Shown one piece after another: positions 47,559-58,562 of a stretch of 64,000 nucleotides of DNA. The notes beneath the pieces were generated by a model. The model was not told the DNA's origin and ran no database searches. It was given only the letters and a program-made list of their open reading frames with translations. This stretch comes from Minisyncoccia bacterium (lineage in GTDB: Bacteria; Patescibacteriota; Minisyncoccia; Phycocordibacterales; Phycocordibacteraceae): assembly GCA_038207395.1 (NCBI GenBank), contig JBBQZW010000001.1, forward strand, positions 13,530 to 77,529, written 5' to 3'. Position 1 is the first letter of the stretch. Each line of letters begins with the position of its first letter. Both the position numbers and the translations under genes were made by a program.

Positions 47559-50210
47559 TTATTTCTTATACACAAAGTCTACCTTCTTTTCAAATACATT
47601 GGGATCAATCTTGGGGAGTGGCGCTTCATTCATGAACTGAGTCGGCGGAATAAGAATTGGGGTCCCATCCTCAGTGGATGACCATTCGACAACTACCGGC
47701 TTACTAACTCCTGTCTCTAATATCTTTGATGTTACCTGGAATCTAATTGTTGAACCCGGATGAGTCTCAATATATTTTTGTGCTGCTGCATAGCGAGCAT
47801 CATCGTTAACTCCGCCAAATAAAGAAAGAATTTGATGACCTTTTTTATCTGTATATGAATACACGCTTGGCTCGTTGAGATTCAAGGTCAGCCCTCGAGG
47901 AGTAGTTAGTGTATTTGCTACAGATTCCAGTGGCGCTGAGGGAGCGGTATCTGGAACACTGGTCTCAGTATTCGAAGGTGCTAGTTCAGAAGCAAAGGAT
48001 TCGCTTGGTTCTGCTGCAAATCCTACAGATTCACTAGACAAAGGCTCAGTCACTTCCGTTGGAGGTATCGCTGGAGCAACTTCTGCAGTCGTCTCTAATG
48101 GTGATACTCCTGAAACTGGTGCACTACTTTCGGTAGAAGGCGCAGGTGATATTTCTTCTACTAACGGAGTGGGAGGTACTAGAGTCTCTCCTCCAGACGC
48201 CGAGGGTGTATCGACTAATTGCTCAACGCGCACCGGAGTTTGTTCAGCATTGAGAGAATGAATAGTAAATCCTTCTGCGTTTGGAGTGTTTTCTATGAAC
48301 AGCTGTGGTTTCCCGTTAACCGGGTCGTACCAAATATTTTGGTTGTCATCAACAAAAAACTGATCTCCCATCACGGTACGCATTCCCTTCTCTCCAAAGG
48401 CGTTTCCGACTTCGCGCGAAAGTGTATTTGGATTAGTTTCGAGAAAATGTTTTAAGCCAGGTGTTTGATGCGCAGAATCATACAAATTACTATTTTGAAT
48501 TGATGATTTTAATTCTTCAAATAACGTTCCTGTTCCTTCACCTGCCGTGTGTATCGTAGCTCCAACATTAAAATTAGCTGGTCCCGTACCTTCGATATTT
48601 GGAAGTCGTCCAGTACTCACTGATTCTCCCTGTAGTGTTTGCACGGTAGACGCTTTCAGCTCATGTACGGTATCTAGTGATTTTTGAACAGAGGGCAGAT
48701 GTCCAATCGAAGAATGACTGAGAATTTCTGCTGACGTAATTGATGCCGTACCAGCAACGGCAAGCGTGGTATACATTTCGACTTTCCTACGTGCAGCTTC
48801 ACGAGCTTGTGCATTGCCGCGTTCATAGAGTTTTGTTTCTTCGGCGAGCGCATCGGCATCACTAATCAATCCCGTAGTAGTATCGCGTAGCGTTCCAAGA
48901 AGAGCTTTTTGACGATTTGCACCAGCGGTAGTTGAGAATATCTTTCCAGCAAACGCACCAGCTGCAGCTCCTCCAAAAGTGCTGAGTGCGCCCCGTCCCA
49001 AGCGCCATGCAAGCATTGCTGCCCCTCCAAATCCGCCTGTCGCAACGGTCGCGATAAGTGCACCACCCAAAATGCGGGTAGAGCGTGCGTACTGCTCAGC
49101 AGCCTTTTTCTGATCAAAGTCTTCATTACTTCGCGAAATTGTTTTTGACTGTATGCGCGCGAGACCTTCACCAATTTTTTGTGTTCCGATATTCACTGCA
49201 CCCAGTATTCCAAGAGCACTATTTGTTCCCCACAAAAGCGCTTTGTTATGAAGTTTCTTACCCTTCTCATCAAGTGCTTCGCGCATTGCGGCTGTACGTG
49301 CATCCGCAGGACGAATTGCCGTATCACGAATACCTATAAACCGAGCCACTATCTTATCCTTAGTATCAGCTCCTTCGGCGACCTTCCCGAGATTTGTTCT
49401 CCAGGCAAGTCGGGCAGCATCATACTTCTCCTGTACTTCAGCAGGGATTTTTTTACCAAACGCGGTCCTTCCTATAGCTGAAGTTGAGGTGTGTAAATCA
49501 CGAACTGCATCAGCATATTCTTTCTCCGCTTCAAGCATTGCTACGCGAGAATCTTCAATTCCAAACTTCTTTGCGAATTCTTCAGCGCGCTGTTCACGTT
49601 CTATTCTTCGTCTTGAGACTCGCTCTTCCACTGATTCTTTTTTACTTTCTATATCTGCAGCGGGGAGTACTTCTGTGTTACCTTTTTCTGGAGCTTCCTG
49701 AACCTCACTAGTGGTAGGGATAGTCTCCACTGCTCCGCTAACAGTCTCATTAGGAGAAACTTCTTCTTGTTTTTCGTTTTCAATCTCTGCAACGGTTTCT
49801 ACAAATACCGCTTTTTGCTCTGCTGGCGTGAGTTTTCGTATGATATTTGATCGTATTTTCATCTCAAGCGCGTCTCCAAGTGGTCCGTTTATCGATTCAA
49901 TTTGATCTTCAAGTGAGTCAGCTAGCTTTTGCTTTTCAGCTACGTCTTCAGTGCTCATCATCTCCCGTGCTATCTCAACGGCTCGATTCTTTGCTTCCCG
50001 CAGTGCGCGTTTTTCATCTGAGATAAATACGTCTTCTTGTGTAGAGTACTCATTCCAGGCATCTAACTTTGATTCTAGTGCCTCTTCCAACTCTTCTGGT
50101 GATGCATGCACCAATCTAAGCGGCACCGCTTCAGGACGGTACAGCCGAGGAAGTTCTTCTTCAACGCTCTCTATTTTCCTTGGTGGAATTTCCCATGAGC
50201 CAATCTTCAT
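47559..50210 (-). CDS. Large hypothetical protein (coiled coil, Gly-rich TM hairpin, P/E/S/T linker)
   Basis: 883-aa ORF downstream of the VirD4-like ATPase. Confidence 0.75.
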   Translation of the reverse strand: MKIGSWEIPPRKIESVEEELPRLYRPEAVPLRLVHASPEELEEALESKLDAWNEYSTQEDVFISDEKRALREAKNRAVEIAREMMSTEDVAEKQKLADSLEDQIESINGPLGDALEMKIRSNIIRKLTPAEQKAVFVETVAEIENEKQEEVSPNETVSGAVETIPTTSEVQEAPEKGNTEVLPAADIESKKESVEERVSRRRIEREQRAEEFAKKFGIEDSRVAMLEAEKEYADAVRDLHTSTSAIGRTAFGKKIPAEVQEKYDAARLAWRTNLGKVAEGADTKDKIVARFIGIRDTAIRPADARTAAMREALDEKGKKLHNKALLWGTNSALGILGAVNIGTQKIGEGLARIQSKTISRSNEDFDQKKAAEQYARSTRILGGALIATVATGGFGGAAMLAWRLGRGALSTFGGAAAGAFAGKIFSTTAGANRQKALLGTLRDTTTGLISDADALAEETKLYERGNAQAREAARRKVEMYTTLAVAGTASITSAEILSHSSIGHLPSVQKSLDTVHELKASTVQTLQGESVSTGRLPNIEGTGPANFNVGATIHTAGEGTGTLFEELKSSIQNSNLYDSAHQTPGLKHFLETNPNTLSREVGNAFGEKGMRTVMGDQFFVDDNQNIWYDPVNGKPQLFIENTPNAEGFTIHSLNAEQTPVRVEQLVDTPSASGGETLVPPTPLVEEISPAPSTESSAPVSGVSPLETTAEVAPAIPPTEVTEPLSSESVGFAAEPSESFASELAPSNTETSVPDTAPSAPLESVANTLTTPRGLTLNLNEPSVYSYTDKKGHQILSLFGGVNDDARYAAAQKYIETHPGSTIRFQVTSKILETGVSKPVVVEWSSTEDGTPILIPPTQFMNEAPLPKIDPNVFEKKVDFVYKK

Positions 50211-50221
50211 ATTATGTTCAA

Positions 50222-52975
50222 TTACGAAAGGTAACGCTGCTTAATAGTTGCTTCAACTGTAGCACGGTCACGTCCGTACGTGAGATACGAAAGTTGACGG
50301 AGATCATCAATTTGATCAGGGTTTCCAGCAGACAAGGTACGAGTTTTTATATTGAATGGTTTCTGCGGAACGCCATTTGCAAGAATCTTCACATACGCGT
50401 TTCGGTTTTCAATATTCGTAAAGTCCTTTGCTTCAAAGGTAGGGGTAAATTGCTTACCGAAGAACTCCCCATCATCCTGACCAACGCGGAACACACTCAT
50501 TGAGCCAACGTTTCCGAAGACCGCATCACGAATCTTTTCATCAATCTGTGCGAGGAACTGATGCGCAATGGTGAGAGAGAGTTTATACTTTCGGGCTTCA
50601 GACAAAATACCGGGAATCGAATCCGTGGTGATGTTTTGGAATTCGTCGATATACAAATAGAACGGTGCAAACGTACCTCGTGGATTATCCGCACGAGAAA
50701 GTGCGGCCATGAAGAGCTTTCCAACCAAGATGAGACCAAGTAAGTTTGCATTACGTTCTCCGAGGCGTCCTTTTGAGAGATTCACGAGCAGAATCTTTTT
50801 GTTGTCGATAATGTCTCGGAAATTAAATGACGATTCCTGCTGACCAATGATTGGACGCATGAAGTCATTTGCCGTGAAGTCATCAAACTTATTCGTAATA
50901 TACGGAACAATGTTTTCAAGTGACGCATCCCCTCCTGCCTTGCTCGCAATCTCGTTCCAGAACTGATTAACTATCGGGTTATGTGAACGCGAGAGTTTTA
51001 GATCACGGAATTCTTTGTTTGAAAGAACGCGCCCAATGTCCATCAGTGTTGATCCTGATGCCGGATCTTCCATTACTAGAAGTGTTGCATTACGGAAATA
51101 CTGCTCAAAGGCAGGGCCCATAGACTCAGGCACATCCCCATATAGGCGTCGGAAAATAGCCAAGAGCTCATTTACGATAAACGTTTTTTGTTCAGGATAG
51201 GCGGCATCGTATTCAAGAAGATTGAGTCCTATAGGGCGTGAAAGTTCTGCAGGATCGAAATAGATTACGTCTTCATAGCGTTCCGGCGGAATGGTTGCGA
51301 GAACATCCAGAATGTCGTTTCCATGCGGATCAATGAAACACACACCATTACCCGCTTTAATATCTTGCTCAATCAGTGTGCGAAGGAATCCAGATTTACC
51401 GGTACCAGTTTGTCCAATGACATACAGGTGACGCAAGCGATCTTCAGGAGAAATACGAACTTCGGTTGTTTGCCCTCGGAAGGTATTCGTTCCAAGGATA
51501 ATACCCTCGTTCGGGAGATCAACGGGTGCGGCAGCTCCCGTGAAGCGGGCTTGTTTGAGATGGGGTGACGACTCAATACCGTTAGGAGGAAAATGATAGA
51601 GCGTTGTGAGCTCATGAAGTGAAAGTGGAAGCGTTGCACTTTCTTCAAATAAGCGGAAACTAATGTCGTGAAAGAGACGGCGCAAACTTCCCTTTGAGAC
51701 ACGCTGCCAAACAATGCGGTTGCCGAGAGGATTCTCAAACTGATGGAATGATGACTCAAGCTCAGTAAGAATGTGTGCGGCTCGCTCAGGGTTCTGTGAA
51801 GAAACCGCAAAGCGCATGTTAACGGAAAGTATAGGAGCGCTAATCTTTTTTTCTACTTCTTCAATTTCTGTCTTATTAGACTGAAGTTCACGCCGGCGCG
51901 TACGATCAGCTTCCATTTTCTGATTATTCTTAAAAAATGTGGTGCTTAGTTCACGCACAGCTTCTCCGAAAAACGATTCGGGGATTCGTAAGGAATCGTG
52001 TTTATCTTCGCCCCTGCGAAGGGCTTCAAGGATTCTGCGCGTATGGGTTGTATGGCGATCTCCTTCTGGCTTAATCACTATCTGGAGTGATGCTCCTTCA
52101 TTCTCCGGAGAGATTTTTCCAAATGCATTTAAGAGCGTGTTTAATGGGTCATAATCAAAGCTCGTATAGTCCTTTATCGGAAGCGCTGCGGGCTGTGCCA
52201 GAGTTGCCACAGAAGCAACGCTCGTACCGTCTTGTACGAATACGTTGTAATCATTCGGCTGCACGGTAATGTGCGCGCCGGGGAAAATGGCTAAGATTTG
52301 TTTTTCAAAAAGATCGCAGCGGGAATTAGGTACGGCAGCGTAGAACATAAGGTGCGCCTGACCAACAGGAACGGCCAGTTCGAGTGTGAAATACGCAGGC
52401 TCACCAGTGTGTGCGTGTTCGAGTCCAAATAACCCAGAGTAGAACTGCTCCATCGCTGAAAGAAGTTCTTTGAGCGGCTTTGCTTTTTCTTGATCTGACG
52501 TTCCTGTTATCTCAGGAAGTGCGATCTCGTACATAGTCATGTGCAGCGCACGCCACGCAGGCTGCTTTTCGGTAAAACCTTGTACGGTCATTCCCTTTAC
52601 TAAATACTGCACAAGAAAACGATGGAAATCATCTTCAATATGAGGCGAGTTTAGATTCTCAAGTACGGAAAATGCATTCTTAATGCCCTTTGTTTCCATA
52701 ATGTCCCGGAGCTCCTGAATAGTTTCGTCATCACTTTCAGGATCAAGGTTAAGGGCGAGAGTCTTTGCTTCCTGCGAAGAAAGTATGTACGCAGGATCAA
52801 GCGCTGCATGACCATTCTCTCTATGGTGCGTGATACGCTCATGCACAATGTCTTCGCGTGGTCGCGATTCTTTGAGTGCCGCTAATTCTTGTTCTTTAAC
52901 GGCAATCTGTTCACGCAAAAATGCGAGTTCTTGCTCAGGAGTTGCGACTGTTGCTACAGGACCTTCAAATGCCAT
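50222..52975 (-). CDS. VirD4/TraD/HerA-like coupling ATPase
   Basis: RHLYVIGQTGTGKS, IDPHG, LYIDEFQN, SEARKY, HQFLAQ. Confidence 0.88.
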   Translation of the reverse strand: MAFEGPVATVATPEQELAFLREQIAVKEQELAALKESRPREDIVHERITHHRENGHAALDPAYILSSQEAKTLALNLDPESDDETIQELRDIMETKGIKNAFSVLENLNSPHIEDDFHRFLVQYLVKGMTVQGFTEKQPAWRALHMTMYEIALPEITGTSDQEKAKPLKELLSAMEQFYSGLFGLEHAHTGEPAYFTLELAVPVGQAHLMFYAAVPNSRCDLFEKQILAIFPGAHITVQPNDYNVFVQDGTSVASVATLAQPAALPIKDYTSFDYDPLNTLLNAFGKISPENEGASLQIVIKPEGDRHTTHTRRILEALRRGEDKHDSLRIPESFFGEAVRELSTTFFKNNQKMEADRTRRRELQSNKTEIEEVEKKISAPILSVNMRFAVSSQNPERAAHILTELESSFHQFENPLGNRIVWQRVSKGSLRRLFHDISFRLFEESATLPLSLHELTTLYHFPPNGIESSPHLKQARFTGAAAPVDLPNEGIILGTNTFRGQTTEVRISPEDRLRHLYVIGQTGTGKSGFLRTLIEQDIKAGNGVCFIDPHGNDILDVLATIPPERYEDVIYFDPAELSRPIGLNLLEYDAAYPEQKTFIVNELLAIFRRLYGDVPESMGPAFEQYFRNATLLVMEDPASGSTLMDIGRVLSNKEFRDLKLSRSHNPIVNQFWNEIASKAGGDASLENIVPYITNKFDDFTANDFMRPIIGQQESSFNFRDIIDNKKILLVNLSKGRLGERNANLLGLILVGKLFMAALSRADNPRGTFAPFYLYIDEFQNITTDSIPGILSEARKYKLSLTIAHQFLAQIDEKIRDAVFGNVGSMSVFRVGQDDGEFFGKQFTPTFEAKDFTNIENRNAYVKILANGVPQKPFNIKTRTLSAGNPDQIDDLRQLSYLTYGRDRATVEATIKQRYLS

Positions 52976-53033
52976 TACTAAAAGTATACTCTACGTTTTG
53001 TAAGTACTGCATCGTACAAACAATGTAAAGATG

Positions 53034-53633
53034 CTACGGAACGAACGTAACACTCGTAATACTGTTTCTGAGAGCGTAGACAGTACTTGAAGCCGTTGCT
53101 GGGAGTGGCTCTAGTATTTCAAAGGCGAAACAAGCGTCTCCTTTAAGTGTTCGGTAGCTAGTTACCTGTTGCGGATTATCCGTTCCTACTTTCTCAAATG
53201 AAAAATGCTGCCAGGTGGTACTGCCAACGATTAGTTCCTCCTGTTTTGTTTCTGCAGGATCTTTTTTAAGACAAGTAGCTTTTTCGCGAGAGTCAGTGCT
53301 TACTCCTACCAGAAGTACTCCCTGAGTGCTTTGAATTCGTACTATTGGAGTTCCTTTCCCGCTAGCGTTCGTACGCCAAGCTAAGTCATGCGCTGATGAA
53401 CTTGCAAACGAGTCAGTTACCACGCCATCTGCTGGGTAAAAGAAAGAAAATCCATACACACCATTGGTGTATATAGAAAGTGATGACGGATCTGTTTCCT
53501 GGACTGACACTTCCACAGGAGTGGTGACGGGCGCAGGAGATAGTGCTTTGATACGAAAAAGTACGAGGACAGTCGCAATGAGAATGAGTAGAGTAAGAAT
53601 GCCGCCAAGTACCATCCATCCGAAACGTGTCAT
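53034..53633 (-). CDS. Membrane-anchored hypothetical protein (PsbP-like)
   Basis: N-terminal TM, YTN..YGFSF.YP. Confidence 0.65.
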   Translation of the reverse strand: MTRFGWMVLGGILTLLILIATVLVLFRIKALSPAPVTTPVEVSVQETDPSSLSIYTNGVYGFSFFYPADGVVTDSFASSSAHDLAWRTNASGKGTPIVRIQSTQGVLLVGVSTDSREKATCLKKDPAETKQEELIVGSTTWQHFSFEKVGTDNPQQVTSYRTLKGDACFAFEILEPLPATASSTVYALRNSITSVTFVP

Positions 53634-53685
53634 ATATCTAGTATATACCGGAGTACTGCGTGTTGAGTCATGTAAGGTATCGCAA

Positions 53686-54153
53686 TTACGACTCTAATGA
53701 AGTGAGTACGAAACGATTTTCATAGAAGTATCCAGTGACCGTTATGGCTTCCCCATCACTAATCTTTGGATATCCGCTACTGCCGCTATATCCCGGAACG
53801 CACGGAAGATCTCCTGCACCTGGGGCACATCCGCGAGCATCAAGAAAGGTAAGCTGCTTTGTTGCTACTCTATTTGATTCGTCCATATACCTAATAAAGG
53901 GAACGGCTGGAATGCCTGACGAATAATCGAGTACCGCAGTACCGTGGATTGTGTATAGCTCAGTGTCGTAAGACGATTCCGTGCCAATGGATTGTGGAAT
54001 TTCAACTCTGGCCGTAGGTACTGAGTCTGCTACTGAAGCTGTAATAGCGAGCGTAGGTATGGGGGTATCACGAAGCAATAGAATGCTACCAACAATCACA
54101 CAAACACCAAATATAAGCACACCTACCACTTTCATTACCAAAGGGTACGCCAC
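53686..54153 (-). CDS. Membrane-anchored hypothetical protein
   Basis: N-terminal TM, 155 aa. Confidence 0.6.
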   Translation of the reverse strand: MAYPLVMKVVGVLIFGVCVIVGSILLLRDTPIPTLAITASVADSVPTARVEIPQSIGTESSYDTELYTIHGTAVLDYSSGIPAVPFIRYMDESNRVATKQLTFLDARGCAPGAGDLPCVPGYSGSSGYPKISDGEAITVTGYFYENRFVLTSLES

Positions 54154-54185
54154 CCTACCTAAAGCAACGATGAAGTGTTACTTCC

Positions 54186-55868
54186 CTACCCTTCGTACAC
54201 CGTGCGTGCGAGCCGAAGATCATCAAAGTTCACCGTACCTTTAAGAAGCTCATATATAGGTGCAAGGTGCTCACTGCTATGCGCACGGAACGCATCATGA
54301 ATACGGGGTAATTCAGTACGAAGAGAATCAGGAATATGCGCTTGAACAAGCGATCGTGGAACCGTACCTGCCTGTACTAATTTTTCTATATGTCCGCATA
54401 TAGTCCCAAACGTAAGCTTTCTTTCAGCGGCAATTTCATGGGGATTCATACATGATTCAAGTAGTCGCTGAGTTTCTGCGTACGTGCTTACTTTCGCAGA
54501 CTTCTTCTTCGGAACAAGCGCTTTCGCATCAGTACCGTCATGCCATTCTCCTCCGGAAGCAGTTACAAAATTCTTTTCAAGTTCAGTACGCTCTCCAGAT
54601 GCATCGAGTGCCGCAAATGCCGCAACCGCATCGTCTGAAGCATCACGAAATACTTCATCGTGAGCAACCACGAGCGGATGTACGATAAGAGCCTGCTCGC
54701 TCCATCCCAATATATGAAGTCCTGCAAGAGACCGCACGCGCGAAAGAGCCACATACCCCTGCCCGTATTCAAATGCGCGTGAAAGATCTATAGCGGCTGC
54801 GTCCATACTCATTCCTTGACTCTTATGCACCGTAATAGCCCACGCAAGACGTAGCGGGACCTGGGTGACCGTCGCACGTGCCTTTCCTCCTTCTTCCACT
54901 GCCCATTCAACGGCAGCTACAGTGATGGTTCGTCCGTCATGCGTTTCAATAACAGGATTGTTCGTGCCTCGCTCGAAAGAAATAACCGTGCCGAGCGTAC
55001 CGTTAGCCATACCAAGCGCAGGAATATTTTTTGTACCCATAACAACCGCTCCTTCTTTAAGTACGAGCACCTCAGGCGAAAGACACCCTCTCTTTAGTGC
55101 TTCAATGAGTGGAGGTGCGCCTGTTCCATTCATAACGTATTTCTTAGGCCCGCCCGGAAGCTGGTCAAGCTTTTGTTGATTCACTCGGTCTACGTCTACG
55201 TTATGCGTATACAAGCGTGGCACATCTTCATCAAATCCTTCCATTTCAACTTCGCGCCCTAAAATAACTGAAACGGTTGTGGGGTCAGGGTCAGCAGCAC
55301 GAATAGAGGAGAGTACTGAAAGGAACCGAGGGTCATCTTGGCGATGCTGCTCGGTCAGGTAGCACACTAACGGATGGAGGTCTTCCCACACGCTTGATTC
55401 AAAGGCAAAGGGTGGTCGATTCGAACCGCGTCCAATAGGGGGTAGTTGAAAAAAGTCACCCACAAGCACAACCTGTATTCCCCCAAACGGTAAGTCATTT
55501 CGTTTTACCTCCTTACAAACCATATCAACCATGGCGAGTACGGGAGCAGAAAGCATTGAGATCTCATCAATGATGAGCGTCGTGGTTTTCTGAATACGCC
55601 TTGAGACATGCTCCTTAGAAGCAATCTGATCAACATCCATAGCGGATAGTGATTCACGGATACCAATTCCACTCCAGGCATGAATGGTCATGCCGTGAAT
55701 GTGCGTTGCGGCAATACCTGTAGAGGCAGTAACCGCTGGCTCCACACCGGTGCTTCGAAGCCACGCAACAAACTGGTTGATAGTGTGTGTTTTCCCACTA
55801 CCGGGTTCACCGGTAAGAAATACATTCGCGCCTGTTTTGAGTATCGTAAGAGCTTCTGCTTGAGTCAT
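54186..55868 (-). CDS. PIF1-family helicase with a C-terminal HTH
   Basis: GEPGSGKT, DEISM, GDFFQLPP, TVHKSQG, YVALSR. Confidence 0.9.
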   Translation of the reverse strand: MTQAEALTILKTGANVFLTGEPGSGKTHTINQFVAWLRSTGVEPAVTASTGIAATHIHGMTIHAWSGIGIRESLSAMDVDQIASKEHVSRRIQKTTTLIIDEISMLSAPVLAMVDMVCKEVKRNDLPFGGIQVVLVGDFFQLPPIGRGSNRPPFAFESSVWEDLHPLVCYLTEQHRQDDPRFLSVLSSIRAADPDPTTVSVILGREVEMEGFDEDVPRLYTHNVDVDRVNQQKLDQLPGGPKKYVMNGTGAPPLIEALKRGCLSPEVLVLKEGAVVMGTKNIPALGMANGTLGTVISFERGTNNPVIETHDGRTITVAAVEWAVEEGGKARATVTQVPLRLAWAITVHKSQGMSMDAAAIDLSRAFEYGQGYVALSRVRSLAGLHILGWSEQALIVHPLVVAHDEVFRDASDDAVAAFAALDASGERTELEKNFVTASGGEWHDGTDAKALVPKKKSAKVSTYAETQRLLESCMNPHEIAAERKLTFGTICGHIEKLVQAGTVPRSLVQAHIPDSLRTELPRIHDAFRAHSSEHLAPIYELLKGTVNFDDLRLARTVYEG

Positions 55869-55925
55869 TCTTTCTATTGTACCAGTGCACGTGTTTGAAG
55901 CTATGATTCCCGCACCCCGAGCTTT

Positions 55926-56972
55926 CTACGGCTTTATATTTTCTTTATCCTCTACGCTAGTTTGAGGCATTTTATCATTCGGTGGGACTGATTCCGTGGT
56001 ACTTGCTACAGGGGTAGTACTCGCTGTTGTTGAAGCGGTAGGAAGGAACTTAGCAAGGAGTGCTGTGTGGCGGCCAAGTATAGACGTAATCTCTCTTGCG
56101 CGTACTGCGTCCTGAGTTTCTATATGTGCAGCAGAACGTATCTCAAGCACCTCTTTAGGTGAATGTTGAGGTTCTCGTATTTCAGAATTTTCAGTGAGTG
56201 CCGTAGTTACTTTTGCTCGGGCAGGAGCTGAGTTGGACGAGACTGTAGCTGCAGCACGTGAGGGTGCAATGGAGTCTTCTAGCGCAAGACGCTTTGAGAC
56301 AATACCTTTTTGGTGAACTTTAACTTTTTCAATAAGCTGGGCGAGAGAGCCTTTAGTCTCAAGATTTGCCGGCTCTTCTGAAGACGTGCCAGCATCATAG
56401 TGCGCCGCAATCACCCCTAGAATCTGCTCATGAGCCGTAAGGCGCGCCTCTAGATCAGACTGCACTGAGAGTGAGCCAGTGGTATCACCTGAACGCTCAA
56501 GCTCAGCAGCATGCGTCTCAGTAGCTGATATATGTGCGGTGAGATTTGTAGCGAGTTCAGTTTGTACTGATGGCGTAAGTTTATTTATCGCTGCTAGCTG
56601 TGCTGCTTCCTCTAGGCGGCGTTCTGCGAGGATCGCATTCCATGCCGCTTTGCCGCGCTCACTTGGCACAAGCGCTGTCTGGAGAGGTTCGGTAAATCCA
56701 ACCTTAACTGAATATAAAATGTCGCCCGGTAACGTGTTTTCTGCCGCGTATGCAGTACCTCCAATGCTCACAATCAAAAGGAGTGCAATACTAAGACCGC
56801 TATATATACGCAGGCTAAACGCACTAAAGAAGGGTGACGGTATGGAAATAGGTGCCGGTCGTGGGGCATGCAATTCAGCATACGCAATAAGCTCGGCACG
56901 CATGCGAGTTTTCGCCTCCTCAGGAAGGCGTACGGTATTCAAATGGGTTAGTTGTTCTTCGAGGTTTGTCAT
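55926..56972 (-). CDS. DUF5667-like putative anti-sigma factor
   Basis: TM then LPGDILYSVK...AERRLEEA; overlaps the sigma gene. Confidence 0.75.
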   Translation of the reverse strand: MTNLEEQLTHLNTVRLPEEAKTRMRAELIAYAELHAPRPAPISIPSPFFSAFSLRIYSGLSIALLLIVSIGGTAYAAENTLPGDILYSVKVGFTEPLQTALVPSERGKAAWNAILAERRLEEAAQLAAINKLTPSVQTELATNLTAHISATETHAAELERSGDTTGSLSVQSDLEARLTAHEQILGVIAAHYDAGTSSEEPANLETKGSLAQLIEKVKVHQKGIVSKRLALEDSIAPSRAAATVSSNSAPARAKVTTALTENSEIREPQHSPKEVLEIRSAAHIETQDAVRAREITSILGRHTALLAKFLPTASTTASTTPVASTTESVPPNDKMPQTSVEDKENIKP

Positions 56973-57469
56973 ATGCGTAGTCGGTCTTGTAGTTTCTTTA
57001 TCGCGCGGTTTATCCGAACAGATACTGCATTAGGCGTTTCATTCGTTAGTGCAGCGATTTCTGCGGGAGTCCAGCCTTCAGTATACCGAAGGAGAATTGC
57101 TTCACGAGAGGGTTCATTGAGCGTTTCCACTGCTCGAAGAATTTCTCCATATGAAGCGGACTTTTCAATATCAACTCCTGCGCTTCCCTCAACCTCCATT
57201 CCTTCGTCCTGAAGCTGATCTAAGGATTCTTCTTTTTTCTTTCGATACCAGTCCGTGATGCGGTTGCGGGCGATGGTAAAGAGGAGTGCGCGAGGATACG
57301 TTATCTCAGTACCGACCCGAACTGACTGCCAGTATCGAGTAAAAACGTCCTGCACAATATCCTGTGCTCGTTCAGGATCAGATACCTTGAACAAACAGAA
57401 TCGATACAACTCATCGGCATACAGATCGTATGCTTCAATGAACGACGTGGTGAGGGGTTCGGGTTCCAT
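56969..57469 (-). CDS. ECF RNA polymerase sigma factor
   Basis: AQDIVQDVF, IARN...D.YRK, EIA region 4. Confidence 0.92.
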   Translation of the reverse strand: MEPEPLTTSFIEAYDLYADELYRFCLFKVSDPERAQDIVQDVFTRYWQSVRVGTEITYPRALLFTIARNRITDWYRKKKEESLDQLQDEGMEVEGSAGVDIEKSASYGEILRAVETLNEPSREAILLRYTEGWTPAEIAALTNETPNAVSVRINRAIKKLQDRLRI

Positions 57470-57798
57470 CTATAGAGACGGCACAGAGTGCCATTCCTTA
57501 CGTAGCGAATTCGCCTAAGGTACCCCTAAGTATACCGTATGAAAAGACTGTGGGTAGAGAAAATATCCTCTGCACATAGGCGCTTATGAGTGAGCTATGG
57601 TAAACGCACCAATCATACTTGCGAGCATGAGTGCGGGAAGGGCGATAGCGAGATCGTATTTGATACTTCGTAGCATATAAGAGTTCGTTAAGGTAGATAA
57701 AAGAATGAGTATTCATTCACGTAACTAGGTAACGTTGAATACTATAGTTCCAGGTCCATGAAGTATCGATGAGCGACTATGCGCGGTATACTCACCCT

Positions 57799-58551
57799 AT
57801 GAAAGAAGCTCCTGAAGAATCTGCTGACAATTCCCTCCTGCCGATGCGTCTTAATAAATACCTTGCGCATCAAGGTGTCGCTACGAGGCGTGATGCTGAT
57901 GTGCTTATTGAGAAAGGACGTGTGCTCGTAAATGGAAAACGCGCAGAGGTGGGGATGAAGGTGAATGACGGGGACGCCGTTGAAGTCCTCCAAAAGAAAG
58001 GGCAGGCGAAAAAACTGTATTACGTTGCGTACCATAAGCCACGCGGAATCATCACGCACTCAGCTAAAGATGGTGAGGAAGATATTATTTCCGTACTTCC
58101 TTTTGAGTACCGAACGCTGGGTCTCTATCCGGTTGGGCGTCTTGATAAGGACTCATATGGCTTGATTGTTCTCACCAATGATGGACGCATTACTGACCGT
58201 CTTCTGCGCCCTGATGCTGAGCACGAAAAAGAATATTCAGTCCGCACCAAACTTCCCCTCCGTCCCAGTTTCAAACAGCACATGGAGGCAGGTGTGGATA
58301 TTGAGGGATACGTAACGAAGCCAGCAAAGATTAAAGTGACGGGTGAAAACACCTTCTCCATAACAATCACTGAAGGAAAGAAGCATCAGATCCGCCGCAT
58401 GGTTGTGGCTATGCATAACGAAGTCGTTGACCTTAAGCGCACCCGCGTTATGAATATTCGTTTAGGAACACTAAAGAGCGGACAGGCGCGGCACATTGAG
58501 GGGGATGAGTTGACGAGCTTCATGGAGCAGCTCCATTTGCCCGTTCAGTAA
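57799..58551 (+). CDS. RsuA/RluB/F-family pseudouridine synthase
   Basis: S4 domain RLNKYLA, VGRLDKDS.GL, EGKKHQIRRM. Confidence 0.92.
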   Translation: MKEAPEESADNSLLPMRLNKYLAHQGVATRRDADVLIEKGRVLVNGKRAEVGMKVNDGDAVEVLQKKGQAKKLYYVAYHKPRGIITHSAKDGEEDIISVLPFEYRTLGLYPVGRLDKDSYGLIVLTNDGRITDRLLRPDAEHEKEYSVRTKLPLRPSFKQHMEAGVDIEGYVTKPAKIKVTGENTFSITITEGKKHQIRRMVVAMHNEVVDLKRTRVMNIRLGTLKSGQARHIEGDELTSFMEQLHLPVQ

Positions 58552-58562
58552 CATCTTCCGGT

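Noticed and set aside
57498-57760. 72-aa ORF or ncRNA between the ECF sigma and pseudouridine synthase genes
   Set aside because: No convincing coding signals or stable structure recognised
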